Source: an uncultured Alphaproteobacteria bacterium | Lineage (GTDB): Bacteria > Pseudomonadota > Alphaproteobacteria > UBA7985 > CAJQQZ01 | DNA length: 35,897 nt | Assembly (NCBI GenBank): GCA_905480445.1 | Contig: CAJQQJ010000413.1 | Location: 1-35,897, forward strand | Direction of reading: 5' to 3' | Shown: positions 20,285-29,855 of the stretch, in pieces | Layout of the letters: each line of letters opens with the position of its first letter | Position numbering within the stretch: the first letter of the stretch is position 1 | Program-made: the position numbers and the translations under genes | The notes under the pieces: generated by a model | The model's input: the letters and a program-made list of their open reading frames with translations, nothing else | Database searches by the model: none | What the model was told of the DNA's origin: nothing

Positions 20285-20492
20285 TGGAGTTTCCTTTTAA
20301 TAAATCTAACCAAGAGCTTAGATGGAAAACAAAGGATTGGAAGACCATGCCAAGGTAAAAACAACAGACCAATCCTGCCTTAATTTACAGTTGAGCCACA
20401 AATCAAATTTTCTCCCTATTTTTGCCATTTTTGGAATTCAAGCCTACCTCTAGTCGAAAGACAGTAATAAACAGCAACAATGCGGGTCGGCT

Positions 20493-22451
20493 GTGATTAA
20501 ATTGAAAAGCCTAGTTCTTACTCGTTTCTATTTCATACTTTTGGTTTTTGGTGAATTTGGTCTATTCAACTCCTTCGATATTAATCCAGCAACGGCTCAA
20601 TCTTCGAACGCTTCCGTTCCACTCATTCCAATTCGGGATCTCTTCGCGGACCGACATTACGTCGGCGATTTCACACTTTCTGAGAAAGGCACCTGGCTAA
20701 CTTGGCGAGGGGTGGAAGGTATCCAATCCGTTATCAAATTCAGACGACTATCGGGTGGAGGAACTTTTACCATCAAACAAAAGAACCGAAGCTACTTCTT
20801 AGATGACGATCTAGAAAAACTCTTTCTGTTATCTGAGAAAGAAATGGGGATCATTGATTTGAGGTACCCAAACCGCAAACCTTACACCTTCAAACCAAAA
20901 GAAAAGAATTGGAATTTCGCGGGTTGGCCAAGCGCAAAGGATCCTCACTGGCATATTGAAAACAACGATGTGTCTGAAGCTGCACCTGATCTGGTGAGGT
21001 ACGATATTGCCGGAAAAAACCGCCAGATCGTCGCGAAAAACGATGGTAGGACATTTGGGTGGAGTTTCACAGAAGAAGGGGCAATGTCAACGCGCCGTAG
21101 AAGCCTAGAGAACGGCGCTCGGACTCTTGAAGTTCCAACAACCACGGGATGGTGGAAAGTACTAACCATTGGCAAGTATGATCGTTTTTCGGTCCAGAAT
21201 GCGCCTCGACCTGGACAAACAATCTGGGCTCTGTCGGATCGCGGCAGAGATAAATTGGCAGTGGTTAAAATTGATCCTAGGACTGGTCAAGAGACCCTTT
21301 TCTATTCCCATCCTGATGTCGACGTTGAGGGCATATCCTTCGATCACCAGACCCAGCAGCCTCTATTTGCAACAATTTCCCTGCCCTACCCCAAAACCAT
21401 TCCCTTTGATGAACGTATCCAGCGATTGCTAAACCTCTTTCAACCAAAAGATCGTGATTTCTTCTCGATTCAATCGATGGACCAGAATTTGAATCGTTTT
21501 ATTGTCTCCTTCTCCAGAGGCAAGATCGTACCAAAAACCTACGCCGTAGACTTACCAACTAATCAAGTCAGCCATTTGAGTTCGCCCTATCTCAGTCGGC
21601 ACGAAGCTGCCTTGTCTGAAACTTGGCCTCTTACTTTTAATGCGCGAGACGGTATGCGGATTCCAGCCTTCATAACGCTGCCACGAGGGGCAAACAACCG
21701 GCAGTTGCCAATGCTCGTCTTTGTCCACGGTGGACCTGCTGGACATGATACTTGGTACACTAACAGTGCAACACAGTTCTTGGCTAATCGAGGCTATGCT
21801 GTGCTCCGGGTGAACTTTCGTGGTTCTACTGGTTATGGGCGGGCGTTTCAACATGCCGGCTTCGGTGAAATGGGCCGCAAGATTCAACAAGACGTTTACG
21901 ATGCAACTGACTGGGCTATCAACCAAGGCATAGCGGATCCAAACCGTATAGCAATCATTGGGCCCAGTCATGGCGGTTATTCGGCACTGATGGGAGCTTG
22001 GCAAAGCGGAGGGCGTTACAAAGCCGCCGTCAGTTTTGCAGGTGTTTCAGATATGGAAAGGCAGACTATGGAAGTTCCCAAATTTTGGGAACTAGCTTCT
22101 CATGCCTGGTATCGCTATTCAGGAGATCCCAAAGATCCTAGGGTTCGTCAGAACCTCAAAGCAATCTCCCCAATTAATCACGCAGAAAAATTCAATGTTC
22201 CAGTATTGCTTATACATGGAACCAAAGACAGGATTGTCGTTCCTGAAGATTCTTACCACATGGAAAAAGCCCTAAGGCTTGCCAGCAAGCAAGTGACATC
22301 GCTTTATCTGAAGGGTGAAGAACATGGCGCTGTCAAATGGCAATCCAGGATTAAGATGTGGCGCAAAATCGAGAAGTTTTTGGCCAAACACATCGGCGGT
22401 CGAAATGGTGGGTTCGATTACACAGAGATAGGCGCCGCCTTCCTGCGTTAG
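20493..22451 (+). CDS. S9 family (prolyl oligopeptidase/acylaminoacyl peptidase-like) peptidase, probably exported
   Basis: VHGGP, NFRGSTGYG, GPSHGG nucleophile Ser, HGTKDRIV Asp, EEHG His; hydrophobic N-terminus; exact start uncertain. Confidence 0.92.
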   Translation: MIKLKSLVLTRFYFILLVFGEFGLFNSFDINPATAQSSNASVPLIPIRDLFADRHYVGDFTLSEKGTWLTWRGVEGIQSVIKFRRLSGGGTFTIKQKNRSYFLDDDLEKLFLLSEKEMGIIDLRYPNRKPYTFKPKEKNWNFAGWPSAKDPHWHIENNDVSEAAPDLVRYDIAGKNRQIVAKNDGRTFGWSFTEEGAMSTRRRSLENGARTLEVPTTTGWWKVLTIGKYDRFSVQNAPRPGQTIWALSDRGRDKLAVVKIDPRTGQETLFYSHPDVDVEGISFDHQTQQPLFATISLPYPKTIPFDERIQRLLNLFQPKDRDFFSIQSMDQNLNRFIVSFSRGKIVPKTYAVDLPTNQVSHLSSPYLSRHEAALSETWPLTFNARDGMRIPAFITLPRGANNRQLPMLVFVHGGPAGHDTWYTNSATQFLANRGYAVLRVNFRGSTGYGRAFQHAGFGEMGRKIQQDVYDATDWAINQGIADPNRIAIIGPSHGGYSALMGAWQSGGRYKAAVSFAGVSDMERQTMEVPKFWELASHAWYRYSGDPKDPRVRQNLKAISPINHAEKFNVPVLLIHGTKDRIVVPEDSYHMEKALRLASKQVTSLYLKGEEHGAVKWQSRIKMWRKIEKFLAKHIGGRNGGFDYTEIGAAFLR

Positions 22452-22453
22452 CC

Positions 22454-23623
22454 TTAACCAGCAAAAGAACCGCGGCAGAAGTCTGCGAAAGCCTGCGCTT
22501 CTGGTGACAGTTGAACCCCTGCCTTTTTCGCAAGCACTACCTTGCTCTGGGCAAGTACGTCGGTCAGGGGACGGGCTGCAAGCGCTTTGCCGTCATAGGT
22601 CATACCGGAAGCTGGCTTCGTCGCCAGCAACGAATAGCCAAGACCGTGACCTACCATGCCCCGAACCATCTCAAATGATGCGGAAGTGTGAGCAACCTTG
22701 GGCTGCCACTCAACCTGATCAAAGAGCGATAGAAAATAATCCTTGCTGGGTGGACTGTCGAGTAGGACCATAGGCTCGTCTTCGAGGTCAGCAATAGACA
22801 GTTCTAATTTTTTGGTGAGCGGATGACCCTCCGCCAACAGCACGTAAGGCTCAATGGCTGTTAGATTCTCCGTCTCCAACTGGTCGTCCAAATTAACATC
22901 GTAGAGCAATCCCACTTCTGCATCGCCAGACAACAAACCGCCGATAATAGTCCGTTGATCCCCTTCCATCAGTTTAATATCTATCGACCTTTCTTGTCTT
23001 GCAAGTTTCGCCAACAAAGCAGGCACCAAAAACGGGCCAAAAGTGTGAAAACATCCCACTGTCACAGTGTGTGAAGGTTGACTGTTTTCAGAAGGGGTTG
23101 AGGCAATTGTGTCGATTCGGTTGGCTGCACCATAAGCGCGATTGGCGAAGATCAATGGCGATCCCTGCTCAGCTTTGAAGGTTTCCTCCACTTCACCGAT
23201 GAAGATATGGTGCGTGCCAATTCGGTCAGAAGAAGTGACCTTACAGTCAAAAGCAACGAGCGGATCGATGATCCTTGGCGAACCAGTGGACATGGCGGCC
23301 CAATCGGCACAGGAAAATTTGTCACCATCATCGGTAGGACGACGGCCCGCGAATGTATCTGAAATGTGAGACTGTTGATCGCTCAAGACGTTAACGCAAA
23401 AAACACCATTGTTAACAATTTTTTCTGCCGCCGGACTTAAGTGATGAACGCAAACCAAAAGCGATGGCTTAGGGGTATCGGGAGAGACAGATGACATGGC
23501 AGAGACAGTCACTCCCGCGCGGCCTTCAGGACCATCGGTGGTGATAATGTTCACCGTTGAGGCAACGTGGCTCATGCCTTCAAGGAAGCTCTGCCTTAGC
23601 GCCGGATCTGTCACCTCATTCAT
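22454..23623 (-). CDS. Fusion: flavin reductase (HpaC/RutF-like) domain + LysR substrate-binding domain, no HTH
   Basis: N-half VNIITTDGPEGRAGVTVSAMSSVS, FCVNVL, GTHHIFIGEV, PLIF; C-half VGCFHTFGPFLVP, EGDQ, FEMVRGMVGHGLGYSLL; single uninterrupted frame; alternative start 23650. Confidence 0.88.
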   Translation of the reverse strand: MNEVTDPALRQSFLEGMSHVASTVNIITTDGPEGRAGVTVSAMSSVSPDTPKPSLLVCVHHLSPAAEKIVNNGVFCVNVLSDQQSHISDTFAGRRPTDDGDKFSCADWAAMSTGSPRIIDPLVAFDCKVTSSDRIGTHHIFIGEVEETFKAEQGSPLIFANRAYGAANRIDTIASTPSENSQPSHTVTVGCFHTFGPFLVPALLAKLARQERSIDIKLMEGDQRTIIGGLLSGDAEVGLLYDVNLDDQLETENLTAIEPYVLLAEGHPLTKKLELSIADLEDEPMVLLDSPPSKDYFLSLFDQVEWQPKVAHTSASFEMVRGMVGHGLGYSLLATKPASGMTYDGKALAARPLTDVLAQSKVVLAKKAGVQLSPEAQAFADFCRGSFAG

Positions 23624-23741
23624 CTCAATACGTCCCAAAGTCTGTTTCATGTAGAGCTATGATGCCGTCTTTTTCAGCTTCTGAAAAGAAGAAATAGAAA
23701 AGCTGACGCATCAGAAAAACAAAAGCAATTGACCTCTTGAG

Positions 23742-25781
23742 TCACAAAACTCGACAAAGACGATTGGCATCCAGCATGGCAGCGTGTAAATCTCTAGAAG
23801 CTAAGGCATCGCCGATGCGGAAAAGCTGATAGGTTCCTTGCAAGTTTTCGCCGACTGGTTGTGGCTCTATTTCTAGCAAGGCTTCAATGTCAATTTCACC
23901 AAGGTTGGAAGAGCCTTGTTTGAGCTCATGGAAAGGTCCATCTGCCGGTAAGGTACAGCGGTCAACAATGATCTGCGGCACTCTTTGTTCTTTTTCTTCT
24001 CTTGAAAAATCATTCCACAACTTCGCCACAACTTCGTTGCCTTCTCGCCGCGCCGCAACAAGGCGGCTGTTAGGTGTGATAGTCACCCCTTGGCGATAGA
24101 GATTGCGCAAGTAGATCGGCAGATTGATGGAACCCAAAGCTTGCCCCGCACGATAGTCGGGTGTCATGAAGTCAACTTTGACACCCTGAGAAGACAGCAA
24201 ATCTGCTGTCGACAGTGCACCATGGCTGCCAGTCTCATCGTAAACCATCACATGATCAGCTGGTTGAACCGCACCTGATAAAATATCCCAGGTCGTGACG
24301 AGTGGTGGTGCTTCATCATCCGGCAAAGTGACGTCAGGCACGCCGCCAGTAGCGACAACGACAATATCCGGCGATTGCAAATGAACGTCGTTGCCGTCAA
24401 CCCAAGAGTTCAAATGGACTGCGATCCCCAAGCGATCCAACTCTCCTGCCAACCAATCCGCAATGCCGATCATGTCTTTGCGCCAACCGCCTTTGGCTGC
24501 CAAAATCAACTGACCCCCTAATTTCGCGTTGGCCTCATGAAGTGATACTTCATGCCCACGAGAAGCCAACACACGGGCTGCTTCCATACCAGCGGGACCA
24601 CCGCCGATGACAACAGCTTTTTTCCTCTGATCAGACAGCGGAATGTCATGGGGAAGCTTGCTCTCCCGGCCCGTGGAAACGTTGTGTGCACAAAAGGCGT
24701 CTCGGCCCCAATAGATGCGATCGATGCAATAGGCGGCACCGACACAGGGTCGGATAGTTTCCTCTTTGCCCTGTTCAATTTTTTGAACCAAGTGAGGATC
24801 CGCCATATGAGCGCGTGTCAGTCCAGCAAGATCAACACAGCCTTCCGCGACAGCCCAATCCGCCGTTGCAGGGTCATTCAGCCGAGAGGCCTGAAGCGTC
24901 GGCAAACCCGAAGCCAGCTTCACTCTTTTTGCGAGCTCAATATAGGGTGCGGCTTTGAAAGCCATGCCGGGATAGTTTTCCGCTAGACCATGATCAGATC
25001 CGCCATAGACACCGTTGACATTAAGAAAATCTGCAACGCCGTGCGCACCCAGAATACGGCCCAGTTCAACGCCCTCTTCGGACGGCATACCTTTTTCGTT
25101 GGATTCATCAGCGGCGAACCGGACGCCAACGATAAAGTTATCACCGACCCTTTCCCGGCAAGCCTCCAAGGTTTCCATCAGGAATCTGGCTCGGTTATCA
25201 AGGTTGCCGCCATAGGCGTCTTTGCGCTGATTTGAGAGGGGCGTCAGGAACTGACCAAGCAAATGCGTGGTTGCCAACAACTCGCAACCGTCCAGACCGC
25301 CTTCTTTGCATCGAAAGGCGGCCTGAGCGAAAGCTTCAACAATCCGCCTGATATCATGTGTCGACATCTCGAACGGCACCGAGTGATGGGCTGGGTCACG
25401 GATGATAGAAGGTCCCATTGTCGGCATCCAATCCCCTGAGTCCCAGGACATGCGCTTTCCCATATGGGTCAGCTGGCACATCAAGGCCGTATCATGCGCG
25501 TGGATACGATCTGCAAACTGTCGAAAGAAAGGAACCACCCGGTCAGAACCAACGTAGATCTGGCCATACATAGACCCTGAGTCACGACTGACGTTTGAAG
25601 AACCGCCAAAAATAGTCAGGCCAAGACCACCTTTTGCTTTTTCCTCATGATAAGCTTGGTAGCGTTCACCAGGCATGCCAGCATCCGAATAGCCCGGCGC
25701 ATGACCAGATGAAAACACACGATTCTTGATCGTGACGTTCTTGATTTTCAACGGTGAGAAAAGGGCTGGGTATCGGCTCAT
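23742..25781 (-). CDS. NADH:flavin oxidoreductase (OYE barrel + Fe-S + FAD domains), StcD/DgcA-like putative N-demethylating enzyme
   Basis: 679 aa; EEKAKGGLGL, QLTHMG, YGGNLDNRARF, TRAHMADP, CVGAAYCIDR...C Fe-S motif, GGGPAG, FRIGDA. Confidence 0.88.
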   Translation of the reverse strand: MSRYPALFSPLKIKNVTIKNRVFSSGHAPGYSDAGMPGERYQAYHEEKAKGGLGLTIFGGSSNVSRDSGSMYGQIYVGSDRVVPFFRQFADRIHAHDTALMCQLTHMGKRMSWDSGDWMPTMGPSIIRDPAHHSVPFEMSTHDIRRIVEAFAQAAFRCKEGGLDGCELLATTHLLGQFLTPLSNQRKDAYGGNLDNRARFLMETLEACRERVGDNFIVGVRFAADESNEKGMPSEEGVELGRILGAHGVADFLNVNGVYGGSDHGLAENYPGMAFKAAPYIELAKRVKLASGLPTLQASRLNDPATADWAVAEGCVDLAGLTRAHMADPHLVQKIEQGKEETIRPCVGAAYCIDRIYWGRDAFCAHNVSTGRESKLPHDIPLSDQRKKAVVIGGGPAGMEAARVLASRGHEVSLHEANAKLGGQLILAAKGGWRKDMIGIADWLAGELDRLGIAVHLNSWVDGNDVHLQSPDIVVVATGGVPDVTLPDDEAPPLVTTWDILSGAVQPADHVMVYDETGSHGALSTADLLSSQGVKVDFMTPDYRAGQALGSINLPIYLRNLYRQGVTITPNSRLVAARREGNEVVAKLWNDFSREEKEQRVPQIIVDRCTLPADGPFHELKQGSSNLGEIDIEALLEIEPQPVGENLQGTYQLFRIGDALASRDLHAAMLDANRLCRVL

Positions 25782-25834
25782 GGTTTTATCCTCTTGCCCA
25801 CAAGCCTAATCCCAGATCGCTTTTGTTGCTATGC

Positions 25835-27088
25835 CTAAAAACGACGGGCTTTTAATGCGGTTAAATCGTGGTCGCTTTTCCCTTTAACAATAAGGTCAGC
25901 CAGTACCTTGCCAACGCCTGGCCCCATGCCAAATCCGTTGCCATGAAACCCAGCCGCGACGAACAATCCAGGCACTTTCTCCAGTTCATCAATCACCGGC
26001 AATTCATCCGGCATGTAATCAATGTAACCAGCCCAGGCGCGTTTTATCTTTAAAGGCCTGGCAGAGGGATACTCGCCCGCATAGGCCGCTACGGCCTTGG
26101 CCAAACCTTCCATGTCTGGTTTTGGGTCAAGCGTGCGATGCCTCGTGAAAGACGAGAACTAGCCTTTCAAATCTTGCAACAACGGCTTACCCGCGGAAAA
26201 CCGCAATAGGTCTTTGTTTTGCCAAGCCAGCTTAATGAATGAGGCACCATGGCGAAGGCTATCCAACATCAAATCATGGTAACCATCTTCATTGGCGGCC
26301 AAGGTTAAAGAACCATCGGGCCTTTGACGGTGAGCCGCTTTGCCCCAGGCGACCAGCTTACGCATTTCAATGCCGGCAGGTTCTGTCTGTGCCGCTGTTC
26401 CCTTAATCCACAGCGATGGATGGCGATGGCCAAGTGGCTTTAAAAGCCGTGACGTCCAAACGCCAGAAGAACAAAGCACCACATCTGCAGCCACGAAGCC
26501 TTTCTCTGTGTAAACACCACTGGCGCGGCCATTTTTGGTTTCAATCGCTGTCACTGCACAGTGGTCATTAACTTGTGCGCCTAACCTTGCAGCGGCTGCA
26601 GCAAAGGCTGGTGCTACTTTTTCAGGTTCTGCACAGCCATCTGTCGACGTAAAGACAGCGCCCTTGCACGCCTCCCAGTTAAAATGTGGTAGCAAGTCGC
26701 CCACCTGCTTTGGTGTTAAAACACTTGTGTCTAGTCCGTGGTCCCGTGCGGTAGGCAACCAATCCTCACCCCAGCTAAGAGTTTTGTCATCATAGGCCAC
26801 ACGCATGAGGCCTTGTTGCTGCCAATCGAGATCAGCTTCCAGTTCCCGCTCCAGACATTGCCAGATCCGGTTGCTTTCTATCATGATAGGAAGTTCGGCA
26901 GGCTCTCGTCGTTGCTGACGGACAGCGCCCCAATTGCGCGAGGATTGCTCTCCAGCAACACGCCCCTTATCAAAGAGCGCCACAGAGATCCCAGCCTTTG
27001 ACAGAAAGTAAGCTGTAGCCGTGCCAATGATACCGGCTCCAACGATGGCTACTTCAACAATAGAGCCGTCCTTAAAAGATTGTGCCAC
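25835..27088 (-). pseudogene. DadA/sarcosine-oxidase-family FAD-dependent oxidoreductase interrupted by one in-frame TAG at 26159-26161
   Basis: N-part GAGIIG, GEQSSRNWG; after the TAG the same frame continues FSSFTRHRTLDPKPDMEGL...WAGYIDYMPDELPVI...GFHGNGFGMGPGVG to TAG 25835; 417 codons in total. Confidence 0.8.
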
Positions 27089-27153
27089 CGCGATAGAACT
27101 CCAAAAATCCGATCTTCTGGTGGCACAAAATCAGTCGTTTTTAAATCCAAAAA

Positions 27154-29769
27154 TCACACCGTGCTAAGTCTACGCCTCCGTCGCTGAAGGAAGAAGACAA
27201 CGGCCAGCAATAGGAAGGCAGGAATGTAGAAAACCTCCTTCGGCATTCTTTCTGCTTTCTCACGAACTTTGGAAACAACCACCGGATCATCGGCGTAGTA
27301 ATCAAATTTTGATCCAATGATTTCGAAGAACGGCGTTTGGGGATAGGGCTCCTCCAGTTTCGCGAGACCGTCCTCAACAGAAACGATCAAACCAGCTTTC
27401 TCCAACCGTGCGACCGCTTCAGCACGGTTACCGAGAGGAACCAACAAGGTAGTCGACTTCACTTTTCCAGTGTCGTAATCGGGACCAGACACAACAAAAG
27501 TCAGCACCTTACCATCGGGTGAGCTGTCTACTACTTCAAAAATTCTGGCGGGTTCATGATCGTCAAACGGTGCCGCCACCTTATCGAGCCAATAGCCTGG
27601 CCTAAACAGAGTAAATGCTATTAGAAGAAGAGCAATCGACTCCCAAATTTTGTTCCGAACAAGCCACCAGTGCTGGGTTGCAGAGGCGAAAAGCAACATA
27701 GCTATCACCGCAATGATGAAAACGAAAATAGCCTTCATCCATGTCACGTCGATAAGTAATAAGTCTGTATTGAAGATAAAGAGGAATGGCAGCAAGGCAG
27801 TGCGAATATCGTAAGCAAAACCTTGGATACCTGTCTTAATCGGGTCGCCCTTGGAGATCGCCGCAGCTGCAAAAGCGGCCAGCCCCACCGGGGGGGTGTC
27901 ATCTGCCAAAATCCCGAAGTAAAAGACAAACATATGAGCGGCGATAATCGGAACAAGCAGACCGTTTTGTGCTGCCAAAACAACAATAATCGGTGCCATG
28001 ATTGTAGAGACAACAATGTAGTTTGCCGTGGTCGGAAGTCCCATCCCGAGAACGAGACTCATCAGGGCTACAAGTAGCAGCATAGCAAGCAAGTTTCCGC
28101 CCGACAGAACCTCGATCAGATCTGTGATAACTTGATGCGCGCCGGTAAGAGTTAAGGAACCAATGATAATACCTGCGGCTCCCGTCGCCACTGCTATCCC
28201 GATCATGTTTCGCGATCCGGCTACCATGCCCTCAATCCACTCATCAAATCCACGCTTCAGAGCAGTTCCATAACCACCAGCGTTTCGAAAGAAAGCCTTG
28301 ATTGGATGCTGTGTCACAGTAACGGATATCATCGCGACAATCGCCCAAACAGCGGAGTAAGCTGGCGAAAGCCGTTCTATTACAATGCACCAAATAAGAA
28401 TTACAATTGGTAGAACGTAGTAAAGCCCAGCGATCGCTGTCGTCCCAGCAGGCGGCAATACTGTAATAGGCGCATCCGGGGGATCGACCACGAGATCATC
28501 GCCTCGGGAAGCCAACCAGAGAAGGAAAAGATAAGCAGTCGAACAAAGCAAGACAACGATTGGCAAAGCCATTTCAGGCACTAAATCCTTGATCCAACCG
28601 AGACCGTAAAAAACCGAAATACCAAGCAACGCGATACCAATGAATCCGCCCAAAAAGCCAATCAGCTTGGCGATAAGAGTCATTGAAGTAGGAAGCCTTG
28701 GCAGCCCCTTCAAATCCATCTTCATTGCTTCTAGATGAACGATGTAAAAAAGCGCAATATAGGAAACTAGAGCTGGCACTAGCGCATGTTTAATGATCTC
28801 TGCGTAGCTTACGCCGGTGAATTCTGCCATCAGGAAAGCTGCAGCTCCCATCACCGGCGGCGTTAACTGGCCATTGGTGGATGAAGCAACTTCGACGGCT
28901 CCGGCTTTCTCGGCGGAGAAACCGGTTCGTTTCATCAGCGGTATCGTGAAAGTTCCGGTTGTAACCGTGTTCGCTATCGAAGAGCCCGAATAGAGACCGC
29001 TCATCGCAGATGCGATAACGGCGGCCTTCGCTGGCCCGCCCCTAAGATGCCCTAGAAGAGCAAAAGACAGTTTGATGAAATAGTTGCCCGCGCCGGATTT
29101 CTCCAAGATAGAGCCAAAGAGGACGAAGAGGAAGATCAGGGATGCCGAGACAGATAAAGCAATGCCGAAAACACCCTCACCTTGCATCCAATAGTGCCAC
29201 ATGGCCTTGCCATAAGAAGCGCCTTTCCATTGGATGACTTCCGGTAACCACCTTGTGTCCCCAAAGAAGACATAGAACATGAAGAAGGAGGCAACAATGA
29301 GTAGTGGTAAACCAAGTGTCCGATAAACAGTGATGGCGACCACCACCATACCAATGGTCGAAAAAACTAGATCGCCGGCGGTTGGAAGGCCCGCCCGGTC
29401 AGCTATCTCATTTCGAAACCAAACTATATAGAGGCAGGACAATACGCCGAGAACGGCTAAAGCCCAGTCGTACCAAGGGATCGCTGTTTTAGAACTAGAC
29501 TTGAAAAGAGGAAAAGCCATCGCAGCCAACAGTAGACCGAAAGCTAAATGAAAAAGGCGTGCATTCGAGTTGGTGACAATGAGACCGATACCAGTCACCT
29601 CTGTTAGCCAAAAAGGGAGATTAGAAGCTATATAGAGCTGGAAAAAAGCCCAAGTCAAAGCAACCCAGAAAATCATTCTGCCCTGCCAACCCGTGGGGCT
29701 TCTCCCTCCAGTATCAGTGGCTGTAAATTGATCTAACTCGTCACTTACAATTTTGTCCGCGTTCGCCAT
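27154..29769 (-). CDS. TRAP transporter fused permease (4TM/12TM, TAXI-associated)
   Basis: GGPAKAAV, GSSIANTVTTG, GQLTPPVMGAAAF, LGMGLPTTANY, ADDTPPVGLAAFAAAAI; start re-called at ATG 29769 after GGAGG. Confidence 0.95.
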   Translation of the reverse strand: MANADKIVSDELDQFTATDTGGRSPTGWQGRMIFWVALTWAFFQLYIASNLPFWLTEVTGIGLIVTNSNARLFHLAFGLLLAAMAFPLFKSSSKTAIPWYDWALAVLGVLSCLYIVWFRNEIADRAGLPTAGDLVFSTIGMVVVAITVYRTLGLPLLIVASFFMFYVFFGDTRWLPEVIQWKGASYGKAMWHYWMQGEGVFGIALSVSASLIFLFVLFGSILEKSGAGNYFIKLSFALLGHLRGGPAKAAVIASAMSGLYSGSSIANTVTTGTFTIPLMKRTGFSAEKAGAVEVASSTNGQLTPPVMGAAAFLMAEFTGVSYAEIIKHALVPALVSYIALFYIVHLEAMKMDLKGLPRLPTSMTLIAKLIGFLGGFIGIALLGISVFYGLGWIKDLVPEMALPIVVLLCSTAYLFLLWLASRGDDLVVDPPDAPITVLPPAGTTAIAGLYYVLPIVILIWCIVIERLSPAYSAVWAIVAMISVTVTQHPIKAFFRNAGGYGTALKRGFDEWIEGMVAGSRNMIGIAVATGAAGIIIGSLTLTGAHQVITDLIEVLSGGNLLAMLLLVALMSLVLGMGLPTTANYIVVSTIMAPIIVVLAAQNGLLVPIIAAHMFVFYFGILADDTPPVGLAAFAAAAISKGDPIKTGIQGFAYDIRTALLPFLFIFNTDLLLIDVTWMKAIFVFIIAVIAMLLFASATQHWWLVRNKIWESIALLLIAFTLFRPGYWLDKVAAPFDDHEPARIFEVVDSSPDGKVLTFVVSGPDYDTGKVKSTTLLVPLGNRAEAVARLEKAGLIVSVEDGLAKLEEPYPQTPFFEIIGSKFDYYADDPVVVSKVREKAERMPKEVFYIPAFLLLAVVFFLQRRRRRLSTV

Positions 29770-29804
29770 ATTGCTTCCTCCCAACATTAAACAAGATCAA
29801 AGCA

Positions 29805-29830
29805 AAGAGGCGGGTTGTTGCCCGCCTCTT
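29805..29830 (-). terminator. Stem-loop between TAXI binding-protein and permease genes (weak terminator/mRNA stabiliser)
   Basis: Minus strand AAGAGGCGGG-CAACAA-CCCGCCTCTT followed by TGCTTTG; perfect 10-bp stem. Confidence 0.65.
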
Positions 29831-29855
29831 CAACCTTCAAAACAAAGTCGTGAAC

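Noticed and set aside
26159..26161. Genome-wide TAG reassignment or pyrrolysine
   Set aside because: TAG terminates rplT, lepA, zur and others at expected family ends; no pyl genes in the window
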